Below are positions 26,740 through 38,945 of a stretch of DNA of 64,000 nt, piece after piece (within the stretch, counting starts at the first letter, position 1; each line of letters opens with the position of its first letter). Source of the DNA: Mobula hypostoma (Eukaryota); assembly GCF_963921235.1 (NCBI RefSeq), contig NC_086112.1, positions 21,948,001 to 22,012,000 on the forward strand, read 5' to 3'. The position numbers and the translations under genes are program-made. The notes under the pieces are model-generated. The model was not told the DNA's origin and searched no databases. It saw nothing but the letters and a program-made list of their open reading frames with translations.

Positions 26740-28083
26740 GGAAACAAGGTACCATGCATTAATGACTGCTGCCCAGTGCCTCTAACATACACCATCATGG
26801 AATGCTTCAAGAGGCTGGTCATGGCATACATTAATTCCAGCCTCCCAGACAACCTTAACCCCCTGCAATTCGCCTGCTCTCGAAATAGGTCTAAGGCGGA
26901 TACCATCTTCCTGGCCCTACACTCATCTTTGGAGTATCTGGATAGTAAAGACGCCTATGTTAGACTATTGACTGCAGCTTTGTTTTCAACAATACAATTC
27001 CAAAGTCAAAGCTCAAACTGGGCATGGCACCTGATGATGATGAATTCCAAGGAAACTCATTGTCAAGCTTCCAGACCTTGTGACCAAATACTTCCCTTTG
27101 CAACCAAATCCTCATCTTCCTGACCAACAGACCGTAATCTGTAAGGATCAGCAACACTCAAAATTAGCACTCCACAAGGCTGCACAGTCGCTCTCCTACT
27201 CTGCTCCCTATATGCTTATTAGTGCTCTGTCCATCTACAAGTTTGCAGATGATACCACCGTTGTGGTCTGCATCTCATATAATGGCCAGGATTATAAGAA
27301 GATAGAGAGCCTACTGATGTGGTGTCATGACAACAACCTTTCCCTCAATGTCAGTAAAATAAAAAGAGCTGCTCAATGACTTCAAGAAAGAGGTGGGGGT
27401 AGTGCACATGCTCCTATTTACAACAACAGTGCTGAGGTCAGAGGGTTGAGAGTTTCAAGTTCCTAGCAGTGAACATGACCCACTGCTTGTCCTGGTCCAA
27501 ATATGTTGAAGACATGGCAAAGATATTTCATCACAAGTACCTCTACTTGCTCAGAAGGCTCAATGCCAATTTTTATCAATGCACCATAGAAAGCATCCTA
27601 TCCAGATACATCAGTTTGGTATGGCTACTGCTCTACATGTGATCACAAAAAACTGCACACTGAGACACAGCTCAGCGCTTCATGGAAACCAGCCTCCCCT
27701 CTGCAGACTCCATCAACACTTAAGCAGCCAACATAATTAAAGATCCTGCCCACTCCAGACATTCTCTCTTCTCCCCCTCCAATTAGGTAGAAGATTCAAA
27801 AGCCTTAAAGCATTTGCCACCTGGCTCAAGGACAGCTTCTATCTTCTATTATGATGAGATGAACTGTTGACTTCACAATTTGCCTTGTTCTGACTTTGCA
27901 CCTTACTGTCTACCTGCACTGCACTTTCTCTGTAACTGTAGCACTTTATTCTACACTCTGTTACTGTTTTACCTTATACTACCTCAATGCACCATCGTAA
28001 TGAAGTAATCTGTATGGGTGGTATGTAAGACAAGTTCTTCACTGTATCTCAGTGCATGTGATAATAAGAAGACAATTTAATTA
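26740..28083 (+). mobile_element. Rex1/Babar-type LINE, decayed
   Basis: NDCCPVPLTYTIMECFKRLV...LNPLQFA, IYKFADDTTVV, WCHDNNLSLNVSK. Confidence 0.88.
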
Positions 28084-29694
28084 ATCAAAACAAAAAATAT
28101 ACTGTACCTGATATAACTTCCTGAGTAACTTATTTGCTTTTCAGCATTGCTGCCAAGCAAACAGTGATAAAATTGGTCTGAATGTAATGAATAGAAGGGA
28201 AGCTCTGAGAAAAAAATCAGTGAATTTCACCCATCAACACTGAAAAGTAGTTTAGATGAACTGAATTTATTAGAAGCACATTGGATCCCCCACAGAAGTG
28301 TGACTCATCTTGGGAATTGCTCAGTTGAATTCCCAAAGACACGCAAAATGACCTAGCAAAATACATAATTAATATAATAATGATAAGGTCAGTTGCAAAT
28401 TTAATAGCAAAATAAGTTCCTGCAGGCACATTAATTGTATCCAATGACAAGGACACAGAAAATAACAACTATCACATTATCCAAGTCCATTAGCTTCCAC
28501 CCAGGAATTCGCAATAATTTGATTACCTATTCCACCTTCAATGACATTCACTTTTTGGGCATGGTTTCACATTGGGTTTGCTTGAAGCAAGTCTCATAGC
28601 TGATGAAAGTAGATTTATAAGTTATGCACTAAAGCTTAAAGAAAAGGAGAAAGGACTGGCCTGGAACTAATGGCACTGATATTTTTCTACCCATTAAAAA
28701 AGATCTATGATGGGCCTTGGTTAATATATTGCCCCTATTCAATACACCAGGACACAATGACAAATTACTACCTTGTATCATGAGCATAAAAGTTTTATTT
28801 TTATTTTAGATTTAATGTTTCCTTCCCTCGCCCACTATTAAAAGTAAATGGCTTTAGATGTGCAATCTATTTTTACAATGCATCACACAAATAAATAGAA
28901 TTTCTGATTGAATCATTGTGATAAAAATGTTAAAATCAAATGTATTTTCTAAGTTATATCAGCATGCCGATTAAATAACAAACTACACTAAAACTTATAA
29001 TGCAAAAATTATTTTTTTCATATCTACTTCAGCAATAGCTAACTGATAAAATTTGAAATAATTTCACTTTAAACTGCAACTGGACAAAATGTATGATAAA
29101 GTCACCAGGAGTACAAAATGACGCAAAAGCCGCCTCTTTAGGCTACCAGACACGAGGATACTCAATAAAATTTAAGTATTTTGTTTGTATTTTTAGCTTT
29201 CAAAAAATTTTGAGGACAAATCACATTGATAACTTGTTGAAACAATTTTTAATAAATTGTGAAAAGTAACAAACTTGGAAGAATTGTTAGTTGAAATGGT
29301 TCATAGGAAAAAATCAACAACAAAAATAATAAATTAATGTAAGAATGGAATTCATTTTGTAATTGTGATGTATGTGAAACTGCCAAGGCTCTGATCAAAC
29401 CATAAAGTTTTAGATTCATCTGTGTTGAGTTAAACCTAATCAATTCACTTCAACATGTTGGGTTCTCACTTCTAATCACTATACAGTGCCCCCCAGTGGA
29501 AATGTCTGCAAAGAGTTTGTAGAAGTGAAGAAAGTCACATTCAGTCGGATCTACCTAGTTATTAATAATTGCTATCTAAGTTAACAAAGAAATAACTCAT
29601 TCTTGAACAAAATACCAATATTCAACAGGTACTAAGTACCAATGTTAGCTGAACCACAGAAGGTATAAGGAATTTAAAAAAATTGAATGAATAG

Positions 29695-30270
29695 TTCAGG
29701 TTCAAGTTGATTATAATTCAACCATACATGAATACCCATGAATACAGCCATACGAGACAGCAGTCCTCCGAGGCCAAGATGCAAAACACAGTACCAACAA
29801 TCATACATCCATAAGGCACATATAGCACATATAAGATAACAAGTAAACATACAGTCATACAAAAGATATGTAGCTCAAGTCCCAGAGTGACATGTCCTAT
29901 AAATTGATGGTGCATGGGTGTTAACAGCAAGAACAAGCAGTTATCAGCAGTCTGCAGACAAATGCATGTATGCAATCCAGCTTGTCAATTCAAAGATCAA
30001 ACACTGGAGGACAGCACCAATGAGAGGAACCAGTCTCCGACGCTGCATGGATGCCGCACTACACCACCTCCTACGTCTCCTCTCTAGGACAGCTGCAAGA
30101 GGCAAGCCTGTGGCTTGAGGCCAAGTCCTCGCTACAACTGAAGCCACGCAGCTCCCCAACCTTTAGTCTCGCCAATAAAAAAGGGAAACAGACTTGCAGT
30201 ATTTTACATTGCCAATGTCCAACAAGTTCTTGTAATCGCAGGAGAAGCATCCAAGACAATCGCTGTTAGC
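29695..30270 (-). mobile_element. Non-autonomous Rex-type retroelement
   Basis: Tail ttcaggttcaagtt...caaccatacatgaatacccatgaatac shared with 38583-38945; non-coding GC-richer body. Confidence 0.55.
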
Positions 30271-30339
30271 AGTGATAGTTCATAGGAGGAAAACTACAGG
30301 CTGCAATAAATCTGTGTTTCTTTGAAACTATCTCAAAGT

Positions 30340-31320
30340 AATCAGAATCAAGTTTAATATCACTGGCATATGTTATGAAATTTGTTATTTTTGCAGTAGC
30401 AGTACAATGGAATACATAACAATAGAGAAAAAAGCTGTAAATTACAGTAAATATATATATTGATACATATATATTTATTCAATAATTAAATTAATTAAGT
30501 AGTGCAAAAAATAGAAATTAAAGAAGTAGTGAAGGTTCATGGGTTCAATGTCCATCAGAAATCGGATGCCAGAGGGAAAGAAGCTGTTCCTGAATCATTC
30601 TGTGTGTGTGTCTTCAGGCTTCCTGATGGCAGCAATGAGAATAAGGCATGACCTGGATGATGGGGCATCCTTAATAATGGATGCCTCCTTTTTGAGGCCA
30701 CATTTTGAAGATGTCCTGAATACTATGGAGCTGACTGAGTTTACAACTCTCTGCAGCTTGATCCTGAACATTAGCCCCTCCCCTCCCCCATATCAGATGG
30801 AGATATAGCCAGTTAGAATGCCTCTACAGTACATCTGCAGAAATTTGCAAGTGTTTTGGGTAACATACCAAATCTCCTCAAACCCTTAATGAAAAAATAG
30901 CCGCTGTCATGCCTTCTTTGTAGCTGCATCGATATGTTGGGTCCAGGTTAAGTCCTCAAAGATACTGACATTCAGGAAGTTGAAATTGCTCACTCTTTCC
31001 ACCTCTGATCCCTCAGTGAGGACTGGTGTGTGTTTCCCCATCATACCCTTTCTGAAGTCCACAATCAGTTCTTTGGTCTTTCTGACGTTGAATGTGAGGC
31101 TGTAGCTGCAGCACCACTCAACAAGCTGGTATATCTTGCTTCTGTACACCCTCTTGTCACCATCTGACATTCTTCCAACAATGGTTGTATTGTCAGCAAA
31201 TTTATAGATGGCATTTGAGGTGTGCTTAGCCACATAATCTGTAGAAGGAACAGAGCAGTGGGCTAAACACACATTTTTGAGGTGTGCCTGTGTTGATTAC
31301 CAGCAAGGTGGACATGTCAT
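30340..31320 (-). mobile_element. Rex1/Babar-type LINE 3' fragment
   Basis: ORF 30907..31272 IYKFADNTTIVG...KTKELIVDFRKG; gattct tail. Confidence 0.9.
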
Positions 31321-31492
31321 TATTTTTTTCGTCAGTTATGGTTCTCTTATGGTTCTCTCTCCTATCAAGCACCATCAAGAAGGCTTCAGAAGGAACACAA
31401 ATTTTTCAACATCCGAACTATTTGCATTCCCGTTAGTGATCACAACAGCATAAATAATTGGACTCACACTGCCTCATTACAAGGGTCAACCT

Positions 31493-32435
31493 GGCGGCAT
31501 CCGTTAGTCTCGCGAGACCATGGATCTGCGCGTGGAACGTCTTGCTTCAGTCTGTGTTAGAGCAGCGTCTGTTGTGGCTGTAGAGGCCCACACGGGAGTG
31601 ACAGTTTTGACGGCATCGACTGCACTTGAAGGCACTGTCCTCCAGTGTTGTCTTGGTGCTGTTTTTCCGACGAGTGCGCTTTTCTTCAGCAGCAAGCCTC
31701 AGCTTCTCTTCTCCTCTTTTTAGACCTCTGCGTAGTTCCACCCTCCAGTGAAAGTGATCGCTTGCGATGTCCTCCCACCTCTCGACGTTCATTTTCAGTA
31801 ACTTCATGTCTCTGTTGCAAGCGTCTTTGAAACGAAGATGGGGCCGCCCTTGTGCTCTCTTGCCAGAGGCCAGTTCCCCATACAGCAGGTCTTTCGGGAT
31901 CCTCCCGTCTGACATGCGGTGTACGTGGCCCAGCCAGTGGAGACGGCGTTGTTGGAGCAGGGTGAAGAGGTTGGGTATCTGGGCGCGGGCCAGGATCTCG
32001 CTGTTGGTGACTCGGTCAGTCCACGTGATGTCCAGGATGCGTCTCAGGCTGCGAAGGTGGAAGGCATTGAGACGCCGCTCGTCTTTTGTAGAGGCTCCAG
32101 GTCTCGCTGCCATAAAGCAGTGTGCTGAGGACGCAGGCCCTGTAGACTGCAACTTTGGTGTGCATCGTCAGCTTTCTCTTCTCCCAGACTCTCTTTGTCA
32201 GCCTGACAAATGTTGAGGCTGCTCGTCTGATCCGTCTGTTGATCTCAGGGTCTAGGGAGAGGCTGTCTGTGATGGTGGAGCCGAGGTATGTAAACTCGTG
32301 AACTACCTCCAGTTTGTAGTTGTTGATGGTAATGGCAGGGGGGTGCTCAACACCTTGGCCCAACATGCTGGTTTTCTTCAGGCTGATGGTCAAGCTGAAG
32401 TCCTGGCAGGCTCTTGAGAAGCTGTCCATGAGGCA
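31493..32435 (-). mobile_element. RTE-clade LINE, 5'-truncated, little decayed
   Basis: LTISLKKT...FTYLGS...TKVAVYRACVLSTLLYGSETW, then RRLHWLGHVHRMSDGRIPKDLLYGEL...GRP and a C-terminal Zn finger CSRCRQNCHSRVGLYSHNRRC; one frameshift near 32080. Confidence 0.95.
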
Positions 32436-32820
32436 AATACTCTACTAAAATTTATTTCTGGGTACAAATTTACAATGCTATAATTATTTTTCTTATTAAA
32501 AGGAGGCAACCATGACTATGTGATCATCTTTTTTTTCTTTATTCCCATGAGAACCATTTGCTTTCTCTGACTCCTAGTTCCTTCACAATGAAGGGAAACG
32601 CAAAGCTCCAGGGAAGAAAGGCCGATGATCCCGAGGTTTACGTTTGCATTTTTGCATTGCATTCCAACTAAAGTAGCCATTTTTTAAAATTAGTAATTTA
32701 GCAGCTGAAAGAAATATATTTGTGTCATGATCTCCTAACCACACCTTGTAATTTCCTCTTAAAAACTGAAGTGCAGTTGGAAAAGACTTTCATTTGACAA
32801 ATGATGGAAATTAGGGTTTT

Positions 32821-33670
32821 GTTCAAAGTAAAATGTATTATCAGAGTACATACATGTCACCACATACAACCTGGAGATTCTTTTTCCTGCGGGCAAACTC
32901 AGCAAATATATAGAACTGTAAATGTAAACAGGATCAATGAAAGAACAACAGCATAGAAGACAACAATGTACAAATGCAAATATAAATAAATAGCGATAAA
33001 TATCAAAAGTATGAAATAACAAGATAAAGAGTCCTTAAAGTGAGACCAGCGGTTGTGGGAACATCTCAACAGATAAGTGTGGCTATCTGCTTTTGTTCAA
33101 CAGCCTGATGGTTGAGGTGTAATAACTGTTCTTGAATCTGGTGGTGCAAGTCCTGAGGCACTTGTATCTTCAACCTGATGGCAGGAGTGAGAAAAGAGCA
33201 TGGCCTGGGTGGTGAGCAACTTTGATAATGGATGCTGCTTTTCCACAACAGCATTTCATATAGATGTACTCAATGGTTGGGAGGGCTTTACCTGTGAAGT
33301 ACTGGGGCAAATCCACTACCTTTTGCAGGATTTTCCACTCTAAGGTATTTGTGTTCCCATACCAGGCAATAATGCAGTCAGTCAATACACTTTCCACTAC
33401 ACATCTATCAAAATTTGTAGGTTTTTGATGATGTGCCAAATCTCCACAAACTCCTAAGGAAGTAGTTATGCTTTCTTTGCAATTACATGTATATGATGGG
33501 TCCAGGGCAGGTCCTCTGAGATGGTGACACCCAGGAATTTACAGTTACTGACCCTCCCCTTCTCTTATATTTTGATGAGTTCAAGCTCATGGACCTCTTT
33601 GGTTCCTATCCTGAAGTCCACAATCAATTACTTGGTCTTGCTGACATTGAGTTAAAAGTTGTTGTCATAG
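32821..33670 (-). mobile_element. Rex1/Babar-type LINE 3' fragment
   Basis: RCVVESVLTDCIIAWYG...HHPGHALFSLLPSG; tttgaac tail. Confidence 0.88.
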
Positions 33671-34536
33671 CGTTGCAAAGTTTGCAGACGATACAGTGAT
33701 AAAGTGGAGGGGCAGGAAGTTTTGAGGAAGTAGAGAGACTACAGACGGACTTAAACAATTTGGAGAATGGGCAAAGAAGTGGCAGATGGAATACAGTTGG
33801 GAGAAGAAGCATAGACTATTTTCTAAATGGAGAGAAAATTCAAAAATCTGAGGTGCAAAGGAACTTGGACTAATTTGCAGGTTGAGCTTGCGGTGAGGAA
33901 GGCAAATGCAATGTTAGCATTCACTTCAACAGGACTAGAATATAAAAGCAAACATGTAATGTTGAGGTTTTATAAAGCACTGGTGAGAATACACTTGGAG
34001 GATTGAGAGCAGTTTTGGGCCCTTTATCTTATTAAAAAATGTGCTGACACTAGACAGGATTCAAAGGAGGTTGACGAAAATGATTCCAGGATTAAATGGC
34101 TTGTCATATGAAGAGCATTAGATGACTCTGGGCCTGTATTCAGTGGAATTCAGAAGAATGAGAGATGACCTCATTGAAACCAATCAAATGCTGAAAGGTC
34201 TTGAGACAGTGGATGTGGAGAGGCTATTTCCTGTGGTGGGAGAGTCTAAGACCAGAGGACATTCTCAGAGTAGAGGTGCCCTTTTAGAACAAAGATGCGG
34301 AGGAATTTCTTTAGCCAGAGACTGCTGAATCTGTGGAATTCATTGCCACAGGCAGCTGTGGAGATCAAGCCTTTACGAATATTTAAGGCAGACGTTGATA
34401 GATTCTTGATTGATCAGGGCATGAAGGGATACAGGGAGAAAGCAGGAGATTGGGGCTGAAAGGAATAATGGATCAGCCATGATGCAATAACGTAGCAGAC
34501 TCGATGGGTCAAATGGCCTAATCTTGCTTCTATATC
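33671..34536 (+). mobile_element. CR1 LINE 3' fragment
   Basis: aagtttgcagacgatac (KFADD) start; LGLYSVEFRRMRDDLIE; CR1 3' UTR. Confidence 0.9.
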
Positions 34537-37110
34537 TCAGAATCAGAGTATCAGAATCACCGTCATGTGTTGTGAACTTTGTTAACTTAGCAGCAGCAGT
34601 TCAACGCAATATATAATAGGAAGAAATATATAAATAAATAAATTTCAGTACATGTATATACTGGATAGATTAAAAATCATGCAAAAACAGAAATAATATA
34701 CATTTCAAAAGTGAGGTAGTGTTCACAGGTTCAATGTCCATTTCAGAATCAGGTGGCAGAGGAAAAAAAAGCTTTTCCGGAATCACTGAGTGTGTGCCTT
34801 CAGGCTTCTATACCTCCTACCTGATGGTAACAATGAGAAAAGGGCATACCCTGGGTACTGGGGGTCCTTGATAATGGACGCTGCCTTTCTCAGACACCGC
34901 TCCCTGAAGATGTCCTGGGTACTTTGTAGGCTAGTACTCAAAATGGAGTCGACTAAATTTATGACCCTCTGCAGCTTCTTTCGGTCCTGTGCAGTAGCCC
35001 CCCCCCCCCCCCATATCAGTCAGAATGCTCTCCATGGTACAGCTATAGAAGTTTCTGAGTGTTTTTGCCGACACACCAAATCTCTTCAAACTCCTAACGA
35101 TGTATAGCCGCTGTCTTGCCTTCTTTATAGCTGCATTGATATGTTGGGACTAGTTTAGGTCCTCAGAGATCTTGACACCCAGGAACTTGAAACTGCTCAC
35201 TCTCTCCACCTCTGATCCCTCTGTGAGAATTGGCATATGTTCTAACATTGAGCGCCAGGTTGTTGCTGTGACACCACTCCACCAGTTGGCATATGTCACT
35301 CCTGTATGCCCTCTCATCTCCACCTGAGATTCTACCAACAATGGTTATATCATCAGCAAATTTACAGATGGGATTTGAGCTATGCCTAGCCACAGAGTCA
35401 TGGGTATAGAGAGAGTAGAGCAGTGGGCTAAGCACACACCCCTGACGTACACCAATGTTGATTGTCAGCAAGGAGGAGATATTATCACCAATCTGCACAG
35501 ATTGTGGTCTTCTGGTTAGGAAGTCAAGGATCCAATTGCAGAGGTACAGAGGCCCAGATTCTGTAACTTATCAATCAGGATTGTGCGAATGATGGTGCTC
35601 AATGCTGAGCTATAGTCAATGAACAGCATCCTGACATAGGTGATTGTATAGTCCAGATGGTCTAAAACCATATTAAGAGCCATTGACATTGCATCTACCA
35701 TTGACCTATTGTGGAAATAGGCAAATTGCAGTGGGTCCAGGTCCTTGCTGAGGCAGGAGTTCAGTTTAGCCATGACCAACCTCTAAAAGCATTTCATCAC
35801 TGTAGATGTGAATGCTACTGGGCAATAGTCATTAAGGCAGCTCACATTATTCTTTCTTAGGCACTGGTATAATTGCTGCCATTTTGAAGCAAGTGGGAAC
35901 TTCTGCCTGTAGCAGTGAGAGATTGAAAATGTCCTTGAAAACTCCCACTACTAGCCTTACTAGGTACTCCATCGGGGCCTGTTGCCTTGCAAGGCTTCGC
36001 CCTCCTTAAAGACAGCCTAACATCGGCCTCCGAGACAGAGATCACAGGGTCACAGGATGCAGCAGGGATCTTCACAGCAGTAGCAATATTCTCCCTTTCA
36101 AAGCGGACATTGAAGGCGTTGAGTTCATCTGGTAGTGAAGCATCACTGCCATTCATGCTATTGGGTTTCACTTTGTAGAAAGTAATGTCTTGCAGACCCT
36201 GCCAGTGTTGTCGTACATCTGATGTCGCCTCCAACCTGTTAAAAAAATTGCTCTTTGTCCTTGAAATAGCCCTCCACAAGTCCTACTTGGTTTTCTGGTA
36301 CAGACCTGGGTCACCAGCCTTGAATACCTCAGATCTAGCCTTCAGCAGACAACGTACCTCCTGGTTCATCCACGGCTTTTGATTTGGGAATGCACAGCAA
36401 GTCTTTGTAGGCACACACTCATCCACACAGCTTTTAATGAAGTCGTTAACAACTGCAGCATACTCATCCAGAGTTGAAGATCAATCCCGGAATACGGTTC
36501 AGATCACCAATTCAAAGCAGTCCCGTAGGTGCTCCTGTGCTTCCCTTGTCCATACCTTCTTGGTCCTCACTACTGGTGCTGCAGTCTTCAGTCTCTGCCT
36601 ATACTCAGGGAGTTGAAGTACAGCTAGGTGATCAGACTTCCGAAGTGAGGACGTGGAATAGCACGGTAGGCATTCTTGATGGTGGTGTGACAATGGTCCA
36701 GTCTCTTGTTTCCTCTGGTATTGCAAGATATCTGTTGATGGTAATTATTTCGTGATTTTTTTCAGGCTAGCCTGGTTAAAATCCCCCAAAATGATGGTGA
36801 ATATGTTAGGCTGCGCTGTTTCATGCCATCCATTGCTCAGATCAACTAAAGCCTGACTGACATTGGCCTGAGATAGAATGTATACTGCTACCAAAACGAT
36901 CACAGAAATCTGCCGTGGTAGGTAAAATGGATGGGACTTAACAAAGTCTGGTGAGCAGAATTGGTACAGTATTGATATATTTGTGCACCATTCGCAGTTG
37001 ATCATGAGCTCTACTCCTTCACCTCTGCTCTTGAGAGACTCTAGAGATCAGTCCTGATGGTGTATAGTAAACCTGTCAATCCGAATCACTGCATCTGGTA
37101 CGGAAGGGGT
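34537..37110 (-). mobile_element. Rex1/Babar-type LINE, about 2.6 kb (APE endonuclease end, RT, 3' UTR)
   Basis: PFYLPRQ...[67 protein letters not shown] across broken ORFs. Confidence 0.93.
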
Positions 37111-38582
37111 TCTTTAAGCATTGTACAAAATATGTAGCTGTTCTAATTAACCGACAGACCAATTAACTGGAATCCTCTATGTACAACGAAAATACTTTCG
37201 CAAACAATGATAAAAGTTAATCAGTAAAAGTTAGCTCAGTCTGAAGAACCCATTCCTTCCTCACACTCGACATCGCAGTATCTATACAAGGATACACATA
37301 ATTAATTTCCTCTGGCAAACTGACAATATGTTAAGGACTAAGTAATAATATAGTTTTCTCTGTCCAAGAAAATGTTGACATAAGGAGAATTATGCTCATG
37401 ACTGATTTTTATGGACTGTTCAGAAAATTTTATTTCTCCTTCAATGGCTTTTGACATTCTCCACTCCATACTTTTCAATCCAATTATTCCTTTTTCACCA
37501 TAAATCTCATTTATAAATATTTGGAGCTCAACTGAATTATCAAAATTTTAATATGTGCATTTATTGGACTAAGAAATGAAGATTTGGGACGATACACTTG
37601 GGACATCGAAATGCAAATAAAAGACTGCCAGTTGATTGTCACCAGTAAGTTCTGTTGTGCAGTTGATGTCTTGGTATTTGGAGTGTTCCACTCTATTACA
37701 ACAGAAATCCATTTAAAGGATCAGGATGATTATAGAGGGAGGAAGAACTAGAAAAGCATTATGAAAGAGTTTAAATAAGGACGATAGGGTGAAATTCATT
37801 ATGCACGGTAGCATGCTTCCTAAATGATAAGGTCAAATTTAATGAACAATTCAGCCATGAAGCGACGGCTCATTCAAAGACAACATTCCCAACCATCAAC
37901 AATAAATTGGGAGAGAGGTACATGATGATCAAAACTACTTTCAAAAGTGAATCATAATATTTTACCTGAATATGTATCATCATTTCTGTACTAATGAATG
38001 AGGGTTAGTGTAGTATAAAAATGGACACGTCCTCCTCTGTCATCCAGTAAGAACATCAGCCACTCCCTATTTCAACACCATTATCCGATTGAATCCTCCA
38101 GATCAGAATAACGTACATCATTGTATTAGTTTGTTCATATTCTTTTTCTCCGATGAACAATTCCTGCAAACTTTTCAGACAACCTGGAAATTGGTCCAAA
38201 AGCAATTTGCTCCCTCAACCTACATTTGCGCAAACTACCTAAACTTTAAAAGGTGGAAATAGAGAAACCTAGGTTGATTACAGTTTGAAAATAAAAATAA
38301 TAATTGCAGATGCTCTGACTTAAGTATTAAGCCAACATATTCAATTGTCACATTCATCTTCTATTTTCCATAAACTCTGACGCTATCTAGTATAACAAAT
38401 AAATGTCCAAGAGCCAATTAAACAGATTTCACTATCAAATTTCAAAACATCAGATTATGTATCAGTCATCTTGAAAAACTTTATATTCTTTAAAAGCAAA
38501 CACATGTTTGCGGTACACAACTGTGTGTACTGTTGGCACATGAAAACAGTCATTCATTGGTCAAATCACTAACGAAGGTAAA

Positions 38583-38945
38583 TGCAAGTTTAATTTTCAT
38601 TCAACCATACATGAATAACCATGAATACCTCAAACAAAACAGCATTACTCCGGGGCCAAGGTGCAAAATACATTACTAATAACACAAAGTACAAATGGCA
38701 CATATGAGATATCAGTAAAATACAGAGGCACAAAAGATACATAGTCCAAGACCCTGAGTCCATGAATGTTACAGCAGTCTAGAGTCGAACACAATATAAC
38801 TTGTCTACTATTGAACGAACACTAGCGAACACCACAAACTCCAGCTTGGACACTGCGCCACACCGCGCCCAGCATTGCAGTGGAGCGGACCAACTCAGTG
38901 CCACTCTCCTGGATGGCTGCAAGTAGGCAACACCGCGGCTCATGA
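38583..38945 (-). mobile_element. Non-autonomous Rex-type element related to 29695-30270
   Basis: Shared first 120 bp or so (caaccatacatgaataaccatgaatac...ggccaaggtgcaaaa). Confidence 0.55.

Noticed and set aside
28311-28335. Paired CSL/Su(H) site
   Set aside because: The spacing is 13 bp rather than the canonical 15-17 bp, and the half-sites lack the leading G.
37140-37182. Tigger-family terminus (ccaattaactggaatcc)
   Set aside because: It matches the end near 57195-57215, but no partner end or internal sequence was found; too short to list as an element.
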